A stretch of 64,000 nucleotides of DNA from Methanoregula sp. (GTDB lineage: Archaea; Halobacteriota; Methanomicrobia; Methanomicrobiales; Methanospirillaceae), in assembly GCA_039698055.1 (NCBI GenBank), contig JBDKTL010000016.1, positions 32,001 through 96,000 on the forward strand. The letters run 5' to 3'. The position numbers and the translations under genes were made by a program. Numbering within the stretch: the first letter of the stretch is position 1; each line of letters starts with the position of its first letter. The notes below the pieces were generated by a model. It was not told where the DNA came from, did no database searches, and was given only the letters and a program-made list of their open reading frames with translations. Positions 9,539 to 19,428 of this stretch are shown here, one piece after another.

Positions 9539-11479
9539 TTGGGAAAGCCCTTTCAATCTGAATTGAATAAAATCCCAGATACCATAGTTTGGGCGTTGAA
9601 TGAAAAAATAGAGGAAATTGTTTCGTTTATCGAGTCCTCTTATGATTCACCCCTCTACATAATTGGTTCAGGCGGCTCATTAACCGCTGCTCATTTGGTG
9701 AAATTACTCCACGAAGAGCTTGGAGCTTTTGCGCGAGTAATCACACCATATGAACTGCTGACAATGGACGCATCGTTGCGAAATTCAAGCATCCTGATGA
9801 TAACTGCAGGAGGTCGCAATCCCGATATTCTTTTTTCTTTTAAACATGCTGCAAAATCAGAGCCCAAGAATCTACTGGCCGTTTGTATGCGACCTAATAG
9901 CCCGCTTAAGGAAATAGAGAATACATATAATTTCGCGAAAGTTATTGATTTCCACATCCCTTCTGGAAAAGATGGTTTTTTGGCAACAAATTCGTTGGTT
10001 GCTTTTTGTATGCTCTTTTCTCGTGCTTATAGCGAAGTCTTGCAACAAAATACCACTTTCGATACTGGAATTACCCGTGACATTGAGATCTTCCCAGATA
10101 CCTCTTTTATGAATCAACTAAAAGTTTTATCGACGTTTAGCGTTCTTTATGGAAAGTGGAGTCTTCCAGCTGCTATCGACTTAGAATCAAAATTTACTGA
10201 AGCCGCTCTTGGAAATGTTCAGATTGCGGATTTTAGGAATTTTGCTCACGGACGACATTATTGGTTAGCGGGAAAAGGCGAACAATCTGGAATTGTCGCA
10301 ATTTATACTCTTGATGAAGAAAAAATTGTCAACAAAACATTGGACCTCATTCCAAAAGAAATTCCCGTCTTTAGAATATCTTCAGATTTTTTGGGCTCAA
10401 AGGGTGCGATTCAGTTATTGATTAAAAATTATTATTTTACAAATCTCGTTGCAGCGTATCAGGGAGTTGATCCGGGTTGTCCGACAGTTCCCATGTTCGG
10501 ACGTAAAATATATCGATTAAATGTCAATCCAATAATTCCCAAAGAAAAAATTCCTACGGGGATTAGTCATCAAGAATACGTCTCGATTAAAAGAAAAGTC
10601 GATTATATCACGTTGAAAGATCAGGAAATTCTCTCTATTTGGGTTAAAGCATACCGCGATTTTCTGAAAAAAATTAAATTATGTAAGTTTGGCTCAATCA
10701 TACTCGACTATGATGGTACACTTTCTGCAAAAACCGACAGAGAACTAAACCTTCCCACAGCGATATGCTCTGCTTTAACTCGATTATTGGAAAATGGTGT
10801 GATAATCGGTATTGCTACAGGGAGAGGCAAATCAGTTAGAGAGGAGATGCAAAAAGCAATTCCTCGTGAATTCTGGAATTCTATTGTCATAGGATATTAT
10901 AATGGTGCAGATATTAGTGATCTCTCCGATGAGGCACATCCAGATCTGGGAATTGAAACAGACCCTATTTTACTAAAATTAGAAGCCGTGTTAAATCAGG
11001 ATCCTCTCTTAACAAAATATTCCAAATGGGATCCTCGTCCCCATCAAATCTCAATATTTCTAAGAAAGGCTCATTTCAGGAATACCGTCAAATCCAAACT
11101 GGCTGATATCCTATCCCAGAATGACTTTGTAAGCTTAAAGTTTTTCGAATCTTCACATTCTTTCGATATAGTCACTGATGGTGTATCTAAGAAAAATCTA
11201 TTTTCTTTCGTTGAAAATAAAGCAGAGAGTAAAGGGAGACCTAAGGAAATTCTTTGTATCGGAGATAAAGGCAAGATCCCGGGAAATGACTTCGAGCTTT
11301 TACAGTCACCTCTTGCTCTGAGCGTCGATGAAGTATCTCATTGCTTCGAGAATTGTTGGAATTTAGCCCCTGAAGGATATCGGGGACCTCAGGCAACATT
11401 GGAGTATCTCGAATCAATAAAAACGCACGATAACTATATGAAATTTAATTTTCATATCGAGGGGAATATAAATGAATGA
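9539..11479 (+). CDS. tandem SIS (sugar isomerase) domains fused to a HAD-IIB phosphatase/mutase
   Basis: SIS: IIGSGGSLTAA, TAGGRNPD, GFLATNSL, LESKFTEAA..NFAHGRH; HAD: LDYDGTL, ATGRG, GVSK, IGDKGKIPGND; TTG start after GAAGGAG. Confidence 0.85.
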   Translation: MGKPFQSELNKIPDTIVWALNEKIEEIVSFIESSYDSPLYIIGSGGSLTAAHLVKLLHEELGAFARVITPYELLTMDASLRNSSILMITAGGRNPDILFSFKHAAKSEPKNLLAVCMRPNSPLKEIENTYNFAKVIDFHIPSGKDGFLATNSLVAFCMLFSRAYSEVLQQNTTFDTGITRDIEIFPDTSFMNQLKVLSTFSVLYGKWSLPAAIDLESKFTEAALGNVQIADFRNFAHGRHYWLAGKGEQSGIVAIYTLDEEKIVNKTLDLIPKEIPVFRISSDFLGSKGAIQLLIKNYYFTNLVAAYQGVDPGCPTVPMFGRKIYRLNVNPIIPKEKIPTGISHQEYVSIKRKVDYITLKDQEILSIWVKAYRDFLKKIKLCKFGSIILDYDGTLSAKTDRELNLPTAICSALTRLLENGVIIGIATGRGKSVREEMQKAIPREFWNSIVIGYYNGADISDLSDEAHPDLGIETDPILLKLEAVLNQDPLLTKYSKWDPRPHQISIFLRKAHFRNTVKSKLADILSQNDFVSLKFFESSHSFDIVTDGVSKKNLFSFVENKAESKGRPKEILCIGDKGKIPGNDFELLQSPLALSVDEVSHCFENCWNLAPEGYRGPQATLEYLESIKTHDNYMKFNFHIEGNINE

Positions 11480-12581
11480 GGATCTTGCCAAAAAAATTCT
11501 CAGAACATCTCTTGACTGGACGACAGATGAGATAAGAGATGAGATGTCAACTATTCAATTAATGGCCAGTTATAAGTATGATAATTATCAGCGTTTTTTT
11601 CCCGGTATGCGTTTTATTGAGAGCCTTTCTCAGTGGTTAAATCAATTCAAAACAATTGAGGAAAGGAAAGTAGCATATGAATTCATTAAAAAACGGTTGA
11701 TATTTTTCTCTGAAAGAGAAATCGAGCAACTCGTTTCAATGTCATATCCCGATCTGATAAAACCCATCCTTTATGAAAAAACGGCGTCAAATTTACATTG
11801 CTCTGAATATCAAATAAAGAAAATTTTTGAGAGTACCGAATTCAAAATTCTTCAAAGAAAATCTCTATTTTTAGGTTTAAGTGATGGGGCCCATATGGAT
11901 TTATTCAGGAGAATGAATCGTGAAGTGGGGTTGAAACACGATCAAATTAGTATTGGTTATGACATTAATGACACAAAACGTATTGAGCTTCTCGAAGAAC
12001 TCAAGAACGACCTAGAGAAAATTCCAGGATGTTCCACCTCGCAAGAAAATCTTCTTTTTAAAAATATTTTTTTAATTGATGATTTTTCAGCAAGTGGAAA
12101 AAGTTACTTTCACATTAAGAATGGCGAAATAAAGGGAAAAGTTGCTAAGGTAATGGATCAAATCAATAATCCAGATAGTGAGATCTCAAAAATAATCGAT
12201 AAATCTGATTTATTGGTTTGTGTTATTCTATATATAGCAACTGATACCAGCCTCAACTATCTGAGGCCGTTACTGAATGAAATTGCTGAAGCGAAAAAAT
12301 TTAAAATAAAAATTGTCTGCATTCAGAAACTAGATGATCAAACAAAAATTCAAAATGGCGAGGCTTTTTTGAAATTGATAGAAAACGATGCTTATTATGA
12401 TTCGGATGTGGAATCGAATGCAACTATGGTGGGCGGCACTAAAAGCGTAAAATTGGGCTTTGCCAATTGTGCTTTACCTGTGATATTGTATCACAATACT
12501 CCCAACGATTCTGTCGCAATTCTATGGCTGCATGAATATTTGAAGATAAAGGGGCTTTTTCCAAGAGTCACTCGCCATTAG
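11472..12581 (+). CDS. phosphoribosyltransferase-like protein (PRTase-CE-like conflict effector)
   Basis: PRPP-loop-like IFLIDDFSASGKS, FLGLSDG, C-terminal LGF..CALPVILYHNTPNDSVAILW..LFPR. Confidence 0.75.
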   Translation: MNEDLAKKILRTSLDWTTDEIRDEMSTIQLMASYKYDNYQRFFPGMRFIESLSQWLNQFKTIEERKVAYEFIKKRLIFFSEREIEQLVSMSYPDLIKPILYEKTASNLHCSEYQIKKIFESTEFKILQRKSLFLGLSDGAHMDLFRRMNREVGLKHDQISIGYDINDTKRIELLEELKNDLEKIPGCSTSQENLLFKNIFLIDDFSASGKSYFHIKNGEIKGKVAKVMDQINNPDSEISKIIDKSDLLVCVILYIATDTSLNYLRPLLNEIAEAKKFKIKIVCIQKLDDQTKIQNGEAFLKLIENDAYYDSDVESNATMVGGTKSVKLGFANCALPVILYHNTPNDSVAILWLHEYLKIKGLFPRVTRH

Positions 12582-12589
12582 GATAGATC

Positions 12590-14467
12590 ATGATCGAACC
12601 ACGAAATCCGTTTATGATACAAACTTCGGAACAAATCGATTCCGAAAGAATATTTCTCCGATTATTCTCTCCTGGCGTACTGTCTTTATTAACAAATAAG
12701 GAACTTTGGGACAGAGTCAGTTTAATACTAAGCTCCCCCGGGGGGGGGAAAAGTTCCCTGATACGCCTTTTTACTCCGGGATCTCTTCTTGAACTCCATA
12801 ACCACCGAACTCATGAATTATTTAAAGAACTTTATCAAAGGATGAATCAATTGGGTGTTATTAATGACAATGGGCCTCAGATTTTAGGAATTTCGATATC
12901 CTGCGTCAGAAACTACGATTCTCTCGAAGACTTAAATCTCGAAGACGTTGATAAAAAGAGACTTTTTTTTGCATTACTAGATTCGAGGATTATCATATCG
13001 GCATTACGAGGATTAGTGGAGTTAAATCATTTGAAATTCGATGAAGATTTGAAAGCCATTACTTATATTTTACCTAACGATCTCCCATTGCCGACTGATT
13101 TTCCACAGAGGGGAAATGGACACGATTTATTTACCTGGGCTCAGAAGGCCGAAGAAAATGTGTATTCTATCATTGACAGTTTCGGCCCGATAAAGAAAGA
13201 ATCGTTGAAGGGTCATGATAGATTGATCAGTGCATTTGTTCTCAAACCAGATTATTTCAAATGCAATTCTAATTCTATTCCTCCACGAACTGTCATAATG
13301 TTGGACGATTGTCATAAATTGACCTCCACCCAACGAAAATCACTTTACGAAATTATTGACCAAAGACCTCCGATTGGTATCTGGATTGCGGAAAGATTTG
13401 ATCATTTTTCAATTGATCAATTAATCAATAAAGGGGCCTACCATGGTCGAGAAATTAATTTTATTGAATTGGAGGATTTTTGGAGCCAATCAAGCAAATT
13501 TGAAAAAATAGCGGAGAATATCGCTGATAAAAGAGCCCGATTTGCATCAACTGTAGATATTCAATCATTTGCCTCAAGATTACAATTTGAATGTGGCGAC
13601 TCTGAACAAAAACACCTTGAAGAAATTTGTAAAAAAATCGAAGAAAAAATTTTAAATAAAGGCAAAATTTCAGAAAAGTATATCGAGAGAATTGAATCTT
13701 TGCGAAATTCTCAGGAAAGACCCTTTGAAAGAGCAATATCTTGGAGATCGCTTGAGATCTTGATTGATCGGGATTTGAAGAAAGAACAAAAATTGATCTC
13801 TGATTATTCGGATGATCTCATCATCCCAATCGAAGAAGAATCTTTGGTTGATCGAGAAAATTCCGATGTAAGAAATGCCGCGGAATTATTCCTATCGAAG
13901 GACTATAAACTACCTTACTATTATGGCATGTCTCGTCTCGTCAAGGTGTCATCCTCAAATATATCCCAATTCTTGTGGATTAGTGGGAATATTTTTGAAG
14001 AAATTCTTGCTCAAAATTTAATGGATCCCTCAAAACTTATTGGCCTTAAACCTCAAGAAAAAATTATTAAAAAAATTATTGATGAGCGATGGAATCAACT
14101 TCCATACCGAGTTCAGTATGGTCGGGAGATCCAAAAATTCCTGACCTCGGTTGGAAAATTTTGTGCAAATGAGACCTATAAAGCGAATGCCTGGAATGCG
14201 CCAGGTGTAACAGGTATCGCAATACTAATGTCCGATGTAAAAAGACTGAATGAAGAAAAAAAGTACAAAAAACTGAATACAATCCTGAGAGAATGCATCG
14301 CAAATAAATTGTTAGAGGCGAGTCCTGGGAAAAAATGCAAAAATAAGGAATGGATGGTTCTATATTTCAACCGAATGTATTGCGTTTATTTTAATTTACC
14401 TCTGCAATACAGTGGAAAATTCAAGGAGAAAAAACTGGATGATGTTCTTAGCTGGCTAGAAAATTAA
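12590..14467 (+). CDS. P-loop ATPase (ORC/CDC6- or STAND-like)
   Basis: N-terminal RNPF, Walker A SSPGGGKSS, Walker B VIMLDD, C-terminal YYYG...SSSNISQFL. Confidence 0.75.
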   Translation: MIEPRNPFMIQTSEQIDSERIFLRLFSPGVLSLLTNKELWDRVSLILSSPGGGKSSLIRLFTPGSLLELHNHRTHELFKELYQRMNQLGVINDNGPQILGISISCVRNYDSLEDLNLEDVDKKRLFFALLDSRIIISALRGLVELNHLKFDEDLKAITYILPNDLPLPTDFPQRGNGHDLFTWAQKAEENVYSIIDSFGPIKKESLKGHDRLISAFVLKPDYFKCNSNSIPPRTVIMLDDCHKLTSTQRKSLYEIIDQRPPIGIWIAERFDHFSIDQLINKGAYHGREINFIELEDFWSQSSKFEKIAENIADKRARFASTVDIQSFASRLQFECGDSEQKHLEEICKKIEEKILNKGKISEKYIERIESLRNSQERPFERAISWRSLEILIDRDLKKEQKLISDYSDDLIIPIEEESLVDRENSDVRNAAELFLSKDYKLPYYYGMSRLVKVSSSNISQFLWISGNIFEEILAQNLMDPSKLIGLKPQEKIIKKIIDERWNQLPYRVQYGREIQKFLTSVGKFCANETYKANAWNAPGVTGIAILMSDVKRLNEEKKYKKLNTILRECIANKLLEASPGKKCKNKEWMVLYFNRMYCVYFNLPLQYSGKFKEKKLDDVLSWLEN

Positions 14468-14473
14468 ATTTTA

Positions 14474-15637
14474 ATGGATGGGGAAGAAATGGATGAGATT
14501 ATAAACGAAATGCGATGGGAAAATTATTTTTTACGTCGAGGAATGGATTTTAAAAAGTACTGGAAAGAATTCCTCGCCTCAAAACAAAGAGATGTCTGTT
14601 ATATTCTTGGTCTTGGATTTGATCCCCGTATGTGTTCCGCCATTGATTATATCATAAAGTGCGATGGGGAGGGTATTAGAGATTGTTATCTGATAAAGTT
14701 TAATGAAGGGGAAACATCGCAATCGAAAAATTATGAGCCTGAAATCGCAGAGAATGAAAAAAAATTAACTAAAATAATGTCAGATCGCGGCAGAATAATT
14801 CCTAAAGAAATTGAGATGATATCCTCAGATCGACGGAGAATTGGGGGGAGAGCAATAATTAAATGTTTAAATGATGTTGATTTCTCAAAATATTCTGATA
14901 TTATAGTCGATATTAGTGCCCTACCACGTCCATTATATTTTCCAATTATCAGAAAATTCCTGCACGAATTTGATGAAAAACGGAAAAATGGTCAGCGAAA
15001 ATTCAATCTTCACATAATCATTGTGGAAAATCCCAAGTTGGATTCATTGATTAAAGCATTGGGTGTAGAGGACAAAGCAGATTATATCGTTGGTTTCAGA
15101 GGACGAGTTGAATTGGAATCCACCGGAAATCTACCGACGGTCTGGATTCCGATTTTAGGTGAGGGGAAAGCAATACAATTAGACAGAATATATACACTGG
15201 TTAGACCCCAAGAAATATGTCCGGTTCTACCATTTCCAGCGCTAAATCCCCGAAGGGGAGATGATATCATCATTGAATATAGGGAAATGTTATTCGACAA
15301 CCTGCGAATAGATCCGGTTAATATCCTCTATGCCTCCGAACAAAATCCTTTTGAAGTCTATCGGAAAATCGTTCGGACGGTATCACAATATCATAGAACT
15401 TTAAATGTACTAGGTGGATGCAAAATCGTCGTATCAATATTGTCAAGTAAATTGCTTTCGATGGGAGCCCTTCTTGCAGTTTATGATATATCTGAAGATC
15501 TTCAGCCTAAAATCCCGATCGCGATCGCTCATGTGGAAAGTCAGGGATATGAGCTAGATCCATTCGATAAAGACGAAATTATGAAACATGAAGAGCTATA
15601 TTCTATGTGGCTAGCCGGCGAATGCTATGACGACTGA
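14474..15637 (+). CDS. hypothetical protein, possible tandem CARF-like/Rossmann domains
   Basis: YILGLGFDPR..IIVDISALPR and WIPILGEG..VSILSSKLLSMGALLA suggest two alpha/beta units. Confidence 0.55.
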   Translation: MDGEEMDEIINEMRWENYFLRRGMDFKKYWKEFLASKQRDVCYILGLGFDPRMCSAIDYIIKCDGEGIRDCYLIKFNEGETSQSKNYEPEIAENEKKLTKIMSDRGRIIPKEIEMISSDRRRIGGRAIIKCLNDVDFSKYSDIIVDISALPRPLYFPIIRKFLHEFDEKRKNGQRKFNLHIIIVENPKLDSLIKALGVEDKADYIVGFRGRVELESTGNLPTVWIPILGEGKAIQLDRIYTLVRPQEICPVLPFPALNPRRGDDIIIEYREMLFDNLRIDPVNILYASEQNPFEVYRKIVRTVSQYHRTLNVLGGCKIVVSILSSKLLSMGALLAVYDISEDLQPKIPIAIAHVESQGYELDPFDKDEIMKHEELYSMWLAGECYDD

Positions 15638-16718
15638 CGAATTAAATTTTTTTGAAAATAAGGACCCAAAACCAATAGCTACCGGAACCGGACTCATAGC
15701 ATTGGATGTAATAATTAATGGCCATAATAGAAATGAGCCTTATTACATGACCGGAGGATCATGTGGGAATGTTTTAATAATTCTCTCGTATTTTGGGTGG
15801 CACACATATCCTCTTGGCCGGTTTAAAGAGGATAATTTCTCAAAATTTATTATCGGCGATTTGAAAAAGTGGGGCGTAGATACCTCATATCTTAAATTTG
15901 ACGATAAGGCAAGTACACCTGTTATTATCGAAAAAGTCAGACAAAAGGAAAATGGCGAATCAACCCATGCCTTCAGCTTCTTTTGTCCTGAATGTAATTC
16001 GTTTTTACCGAGATATCGACCCGTCACAATAAAACAAGTCGAGTCTATTCTGGATAATTTACCTACATCCAGTGTTTGCTATATTGATCGAGTATCCGGT
16101 GGGACCCTTGAATATGCAAAATCTTGTAAAAATAAAGGAGCTTTGATCTTCTTTGAACCCACAAAAATTGATGATAATAGCAATTTTCGTAAAATTCTTG
16201 AAATTTGTGATGTTTTAAAATATTCAAATGAAATTTGCATTACCGATCCAAATATTGTGCGCGATAGCTACGTTCCGTTGAAAATCGAAACGCTAGGTTC
16301 ATCCGGATTATTGTTTAGTTTTAACAACGGCCTCTCTAGAAAAAGAAACGAAAAATGGCAAAAAATGAGGGCGTTTCCTATCAAAAACTTCGTTGATGCA
16401 GCGGGTGCAGGTGATTGGTGTAGCGCAGGACTAATTCATTTTTTAAATATGAAAAAAATAACGGACATCAATCAATTAGATGAAAAAACGTTAAAAACCG
16501 CATTAAATTTTGGACAAGCTCTTGCGGCGGCAAATTGCAGATTTTTTGGAGCACGAGGTAGTATGTATGCACTCTCTAAAGATAACTTTCACAAATTCGT
16601 TAATGACATTCTTAAAAAGAAGGATATTTCGACCTCTAATATGCCCCCTTTGCAATTAAAACGACCGAAAAAAAACAAAGGTTGTTGTCCAATTTGCAAT
16701 GAAAAGAACCGTGTGTAA
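15627..16718 (+). CDS. PfkB/ribokinase-family kinase with CxxC motifs
   Basis: GLIALD, GGSCGNV, DAAGAGD anion hole, FGQALAAANC; inserted CPEC and terminal CCPIC. Confidence 0.85.
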   Translation: MTTDELNFFENKDPKPIATGTGLIALDVIINGHNRNEPYYMTGGSCGNVLIILSYFGWHTYPLGRFKEDNFSKFIIGDLKKWGVDTSYLKFDDKASTPVIIEKVRQKENGESTHAFSFFCPECNSFLPRYRPVTIKQVESILDNLPTSSVCYIDRVSGGTLEYAKSCKNKGALIFFEPTKIDDNSNFRKILEICDVLKYSNEICITDPNIVRDSYVPLKIETLGSSGLLFSFNNGLSRKRNEKWQKMRAFPIKNFVDAAGAGDWCSAGLIHFLNMKKITDINQLDEKTLKTALNFGQALAAANCRFFGARGSMYALSKDNFHKFVNDILKKKDISTSNMPPLQLKRPKKNKGCCPICNEKNRV

Positions 16719-17066
16719 TAATTTTGAATCTCTTTTTCTATTCCTATTATTTCGGAATGCATCGGCACTACGGGCGAATGATAAGACCGTGACGGACTTA
16801 GTTAGTGATCACAATTGGATTATGGTGGCTTCGAAGCAGATTATCGTCAGCCAATTTTCATGGGGTCCGGGGTCCCATGTTTCCTGCAGAGCGTGATCAT
16901 GCGGCTGGTCCCGGTCCATCCCTCTCTTCCCAAATCTAATATTCTCCCAGACACTATACTGAATCAGAAATTGAGCTGCATCCGCCCCGGAACTTCCATT
17001 TTGGGAAAGAAACCGGATTTCGGCTCGGTACAAAAACGTGGAAAATCCCTTACATAAGGTTCGGAC

Positions 17067-18530
17067 ATGACAGAACAGATGAATATCCGGGAACTCGTTG
17101 ATACTCTGCGACGTAAGGACACCGAAGAGGAATGGTTTGAGTTCAAAGTCGATTACGCCGAACCTCAAAAGATCGGTGAATATCTGTCGGCGTTGAGCAA
17201 TTCAGCGGCATTGTCCCACGAGGAGTACGGCTATCTTGTCTACGGTCTGGATGATTCGCATCACAGGATCGTCGGCACCGGGTTTCAGCCAAAAAAGGCA
17301 AAAGGAAAAGGGAACGAGGATCTCGAGCCATGGCTGACCCGCCTTCTGGATCCCCGTGTTGATTGTGCGATTTGGGAAGAGGAGATAAATGGGGCCCGGG
17401 TTGTAGTTTTCCGGGTTGCGGCAGCACGGGAACGCCCCGTCAGGTTTTCCGGCGTTGCGCATATCCGTGTCGGTTCCAACAACCATAAACTGGCAGATTA
17501 TCCGGAAAAAGAAAGAAAATTGTGGAGTATTATTCATTCGGTACCGTTTGAGGAGGGTATAGCCCTTACCGGACAGTCAAGCGACGATATCTTACAAAAG
17601 ATCGATTATCCGAAATTCTTCGAGCTCATGAAAATCCCCCTCCCTGATAACCGGGCGGGGATACTCAGCAGGCTTGAGGAAGAGAAAATTATCCAGAAAA
17701 CAAAGGATCATTACTATTCTATAACCAATTTAGGTGCAATTCTCTTCTCAAAAAACTTCGAGGATTTCCCACCACTCACCCGCAAATCCCTGAGAATTGT
17801 TGTGTACGATGGGGACGGCCGCCTGAATGCAAAGAAAGAGCATATCGTCAAGAGCGGTTATGCAACATCGTTCGAATCGACTATCGACTGGATATTTGAT
17901 CAGGTCCCTTCCAATGAGGTAATCAAGGATGCATTGCGCGTCGAGCGAAAGATGTACCCGAAAGTTACGATCCGTGAAGTTGTTGCAAATGCGTTGATCC
18001 ACCAGGATTTTTCCATAACCGGTGCCGGGCCGATGGTTGAGGTGTTTTCGAGAAGGATGGAAATTTCGAATCCCGGCAAACCGTTAATCAGTCCGGACCG
18101 GTTTATTGATCATCCTCCCCGATCGCGGAACGAGAAACTGGCGTCGGTGATGCGCCGCGTAAATATTTGTGAAGAGCGGGGTAGCGGGATTGATCGGGCG
18201 ATCGATTGCATAGAGGTATTTCAGTTACCCGCGCCGGAATTTCTTGACGACAATGATTTCATGCGCATTACGTTGTTCGGACACCAGAATATCGGCGAAA
18301 TGGGAAAAGCAGATAAGATTAGGGCTTGCTACCAGCACTGCTGCCTGAGATGGGTGTGCCGGGACTATATGACAAACGCAACTCTCCGGAAGCGGCTGGG
18401 GATTGACGACCTGAATTATCCCATGGCTTCACGGATTATCAAGGACACCATGGACCAGGGCTTGATCCGGTTGTATGATCCGGAAAACAAATCGAACAGG
18501 ACCCGGAAGTACATCCCGTTCTGGTCATAA
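17067..18530 (+). CDS. AlbA_2/Schlafen-domain protein with HATPase-like and C-terminal wHTH regions
   Basis: EEEWFEFK..YLSALSNS..GYLVYG; IREVVANALIHQD; ISNPG; RNEKLA..CEERGSG; terminal YIPFW. Confidence 0.88.
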   Translation: MTEQMNIRELVDTLRRKDTEEEWFEFKVDYAEPQKIGEYLSALSNSAALSHEEYGYLVYGLDDSHHRIVGTGFQPKKAKGKGNEDLEPWLTRLLDPRVDCAIWEEEINGARVVVFRVAAARERPVRFSGVAHIRVGSNNHKLADYPEKERKLWSIIHSVPFEEGIALTGQSSDDILQKIDYPKFFELMKIPLPDNRAGILSRLEEEKIIQKTKDHYYSITNLGAILFSKNFEDFPPLTRKSLRIVVYDGDGRLNAKKEHIVKSGYATSFESTIDWIFDQVPSNEVIKDALRVERKMYPKVTIREVVANALIHQDFSITGAGPMVEVFSRRMEISNPGKPLISPDRFIDHPPRSRNEKLASVMRRVNICEERGSGIDRAIDCIEVFQLPAPEFLDDNDFMRITLFGHQNIGEMGKADKIRACYQHCCLRWVCRDYMTNATLRKRLGIDDLNYPMASRIIKDTMDQGLIRLYDPENKSNRTRKYIPFWS

Positions 18531-18730
18531 ATTTGGGCGTAGCAAAATATCATCGGCCAATGTAACTGGCATGTGCATATGCACAAAGAAAAAGGGCAGA
18601 TTGAGGGGGTTACCCCGTTTGCTCGTCAATTTGATGTAACAGGTTATGTAACGGGCATGTAACTGAAAGGGATAATCTCCCGGACCGCCCACCCTGGAGT
18701 CCCGCCCACCAACCGAGGGCGGGAACCATT

Positions 18731-19145
18731 GTGTCCGGTTGACACGCAGACGCTCGGTCATGTTCACTCGTCCTCGCTGATGCTCCGGCTCGCTTCACAT
18801 CACCTCGCTGTTTCTTTCGGTTGATTGCTGGGATGAGGACGCCCCTGGCTTGTCGCGCTGCTCCGGCGCCAGCGGCTGCCCCGGCCCGCTCCTCACACCA
18901 TGCTCCGCATCGTGTTCGTCGCTGTTGATGCGAAAACGCAGACGCTCAGTGACTCGCTCGCACGACGCACAGGGGGCTCGGACTCGCCGCTGATGCGGCT
19001 CCTTACCTTCGCGCCCCTGTCGCGGTGCTCGCTCGGGCCGCTGGGCCCCGGACCTTTCTCCCGCTTCGCTCCTCCCTCCCTTGAAAAGGAGGGCAGTCAT
19101 TGCGATAGGAACGGAGGAGGTTTCAGGGCCGGGCGGGAGGACAAA
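18731..19145 (+). repeat. left arm of a ~410-bp imperfect inverted repeat
   Basis: 18881-18929 matches the reverse complement of 21605-21653 at 48/49 nt; similarity continues on both sides. Confidence 0.9.
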
Positions 19146-19428
19146 GCGACGGTTACCGGACGCATCAGCGGACGGTCGCTCGCTTTGTCGGGCGGGTCCA
19201 ACCGAAGCGATCGCGTACCAACAGGAAACTAAAGAGGGCGGGTCATGGCCACACGGCGCGGTTACGGGACGCATCAGCGGCCTGTCGCGCTGTGTGCCTG
19301 GGCGGGCCTTGCGAAAAATAAAAATTTAATTCTGCGCAATTGCCTTATTTCGCAAATCGGACAACGCACCGCTTTTACTTTCACCCTGCGCACGCCGATG
19401 TACTATATGCTCTAACGTCGATAGATGT

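Noticed and set aside
18525-19329. Several 60-160-aa ORFs on both strands over the left IR arm
   Set aside because: Arg/Pro/Gly-rich low-complexity translations of GC-rich structured DNA, with no recognisable motifs or convincing RBS.
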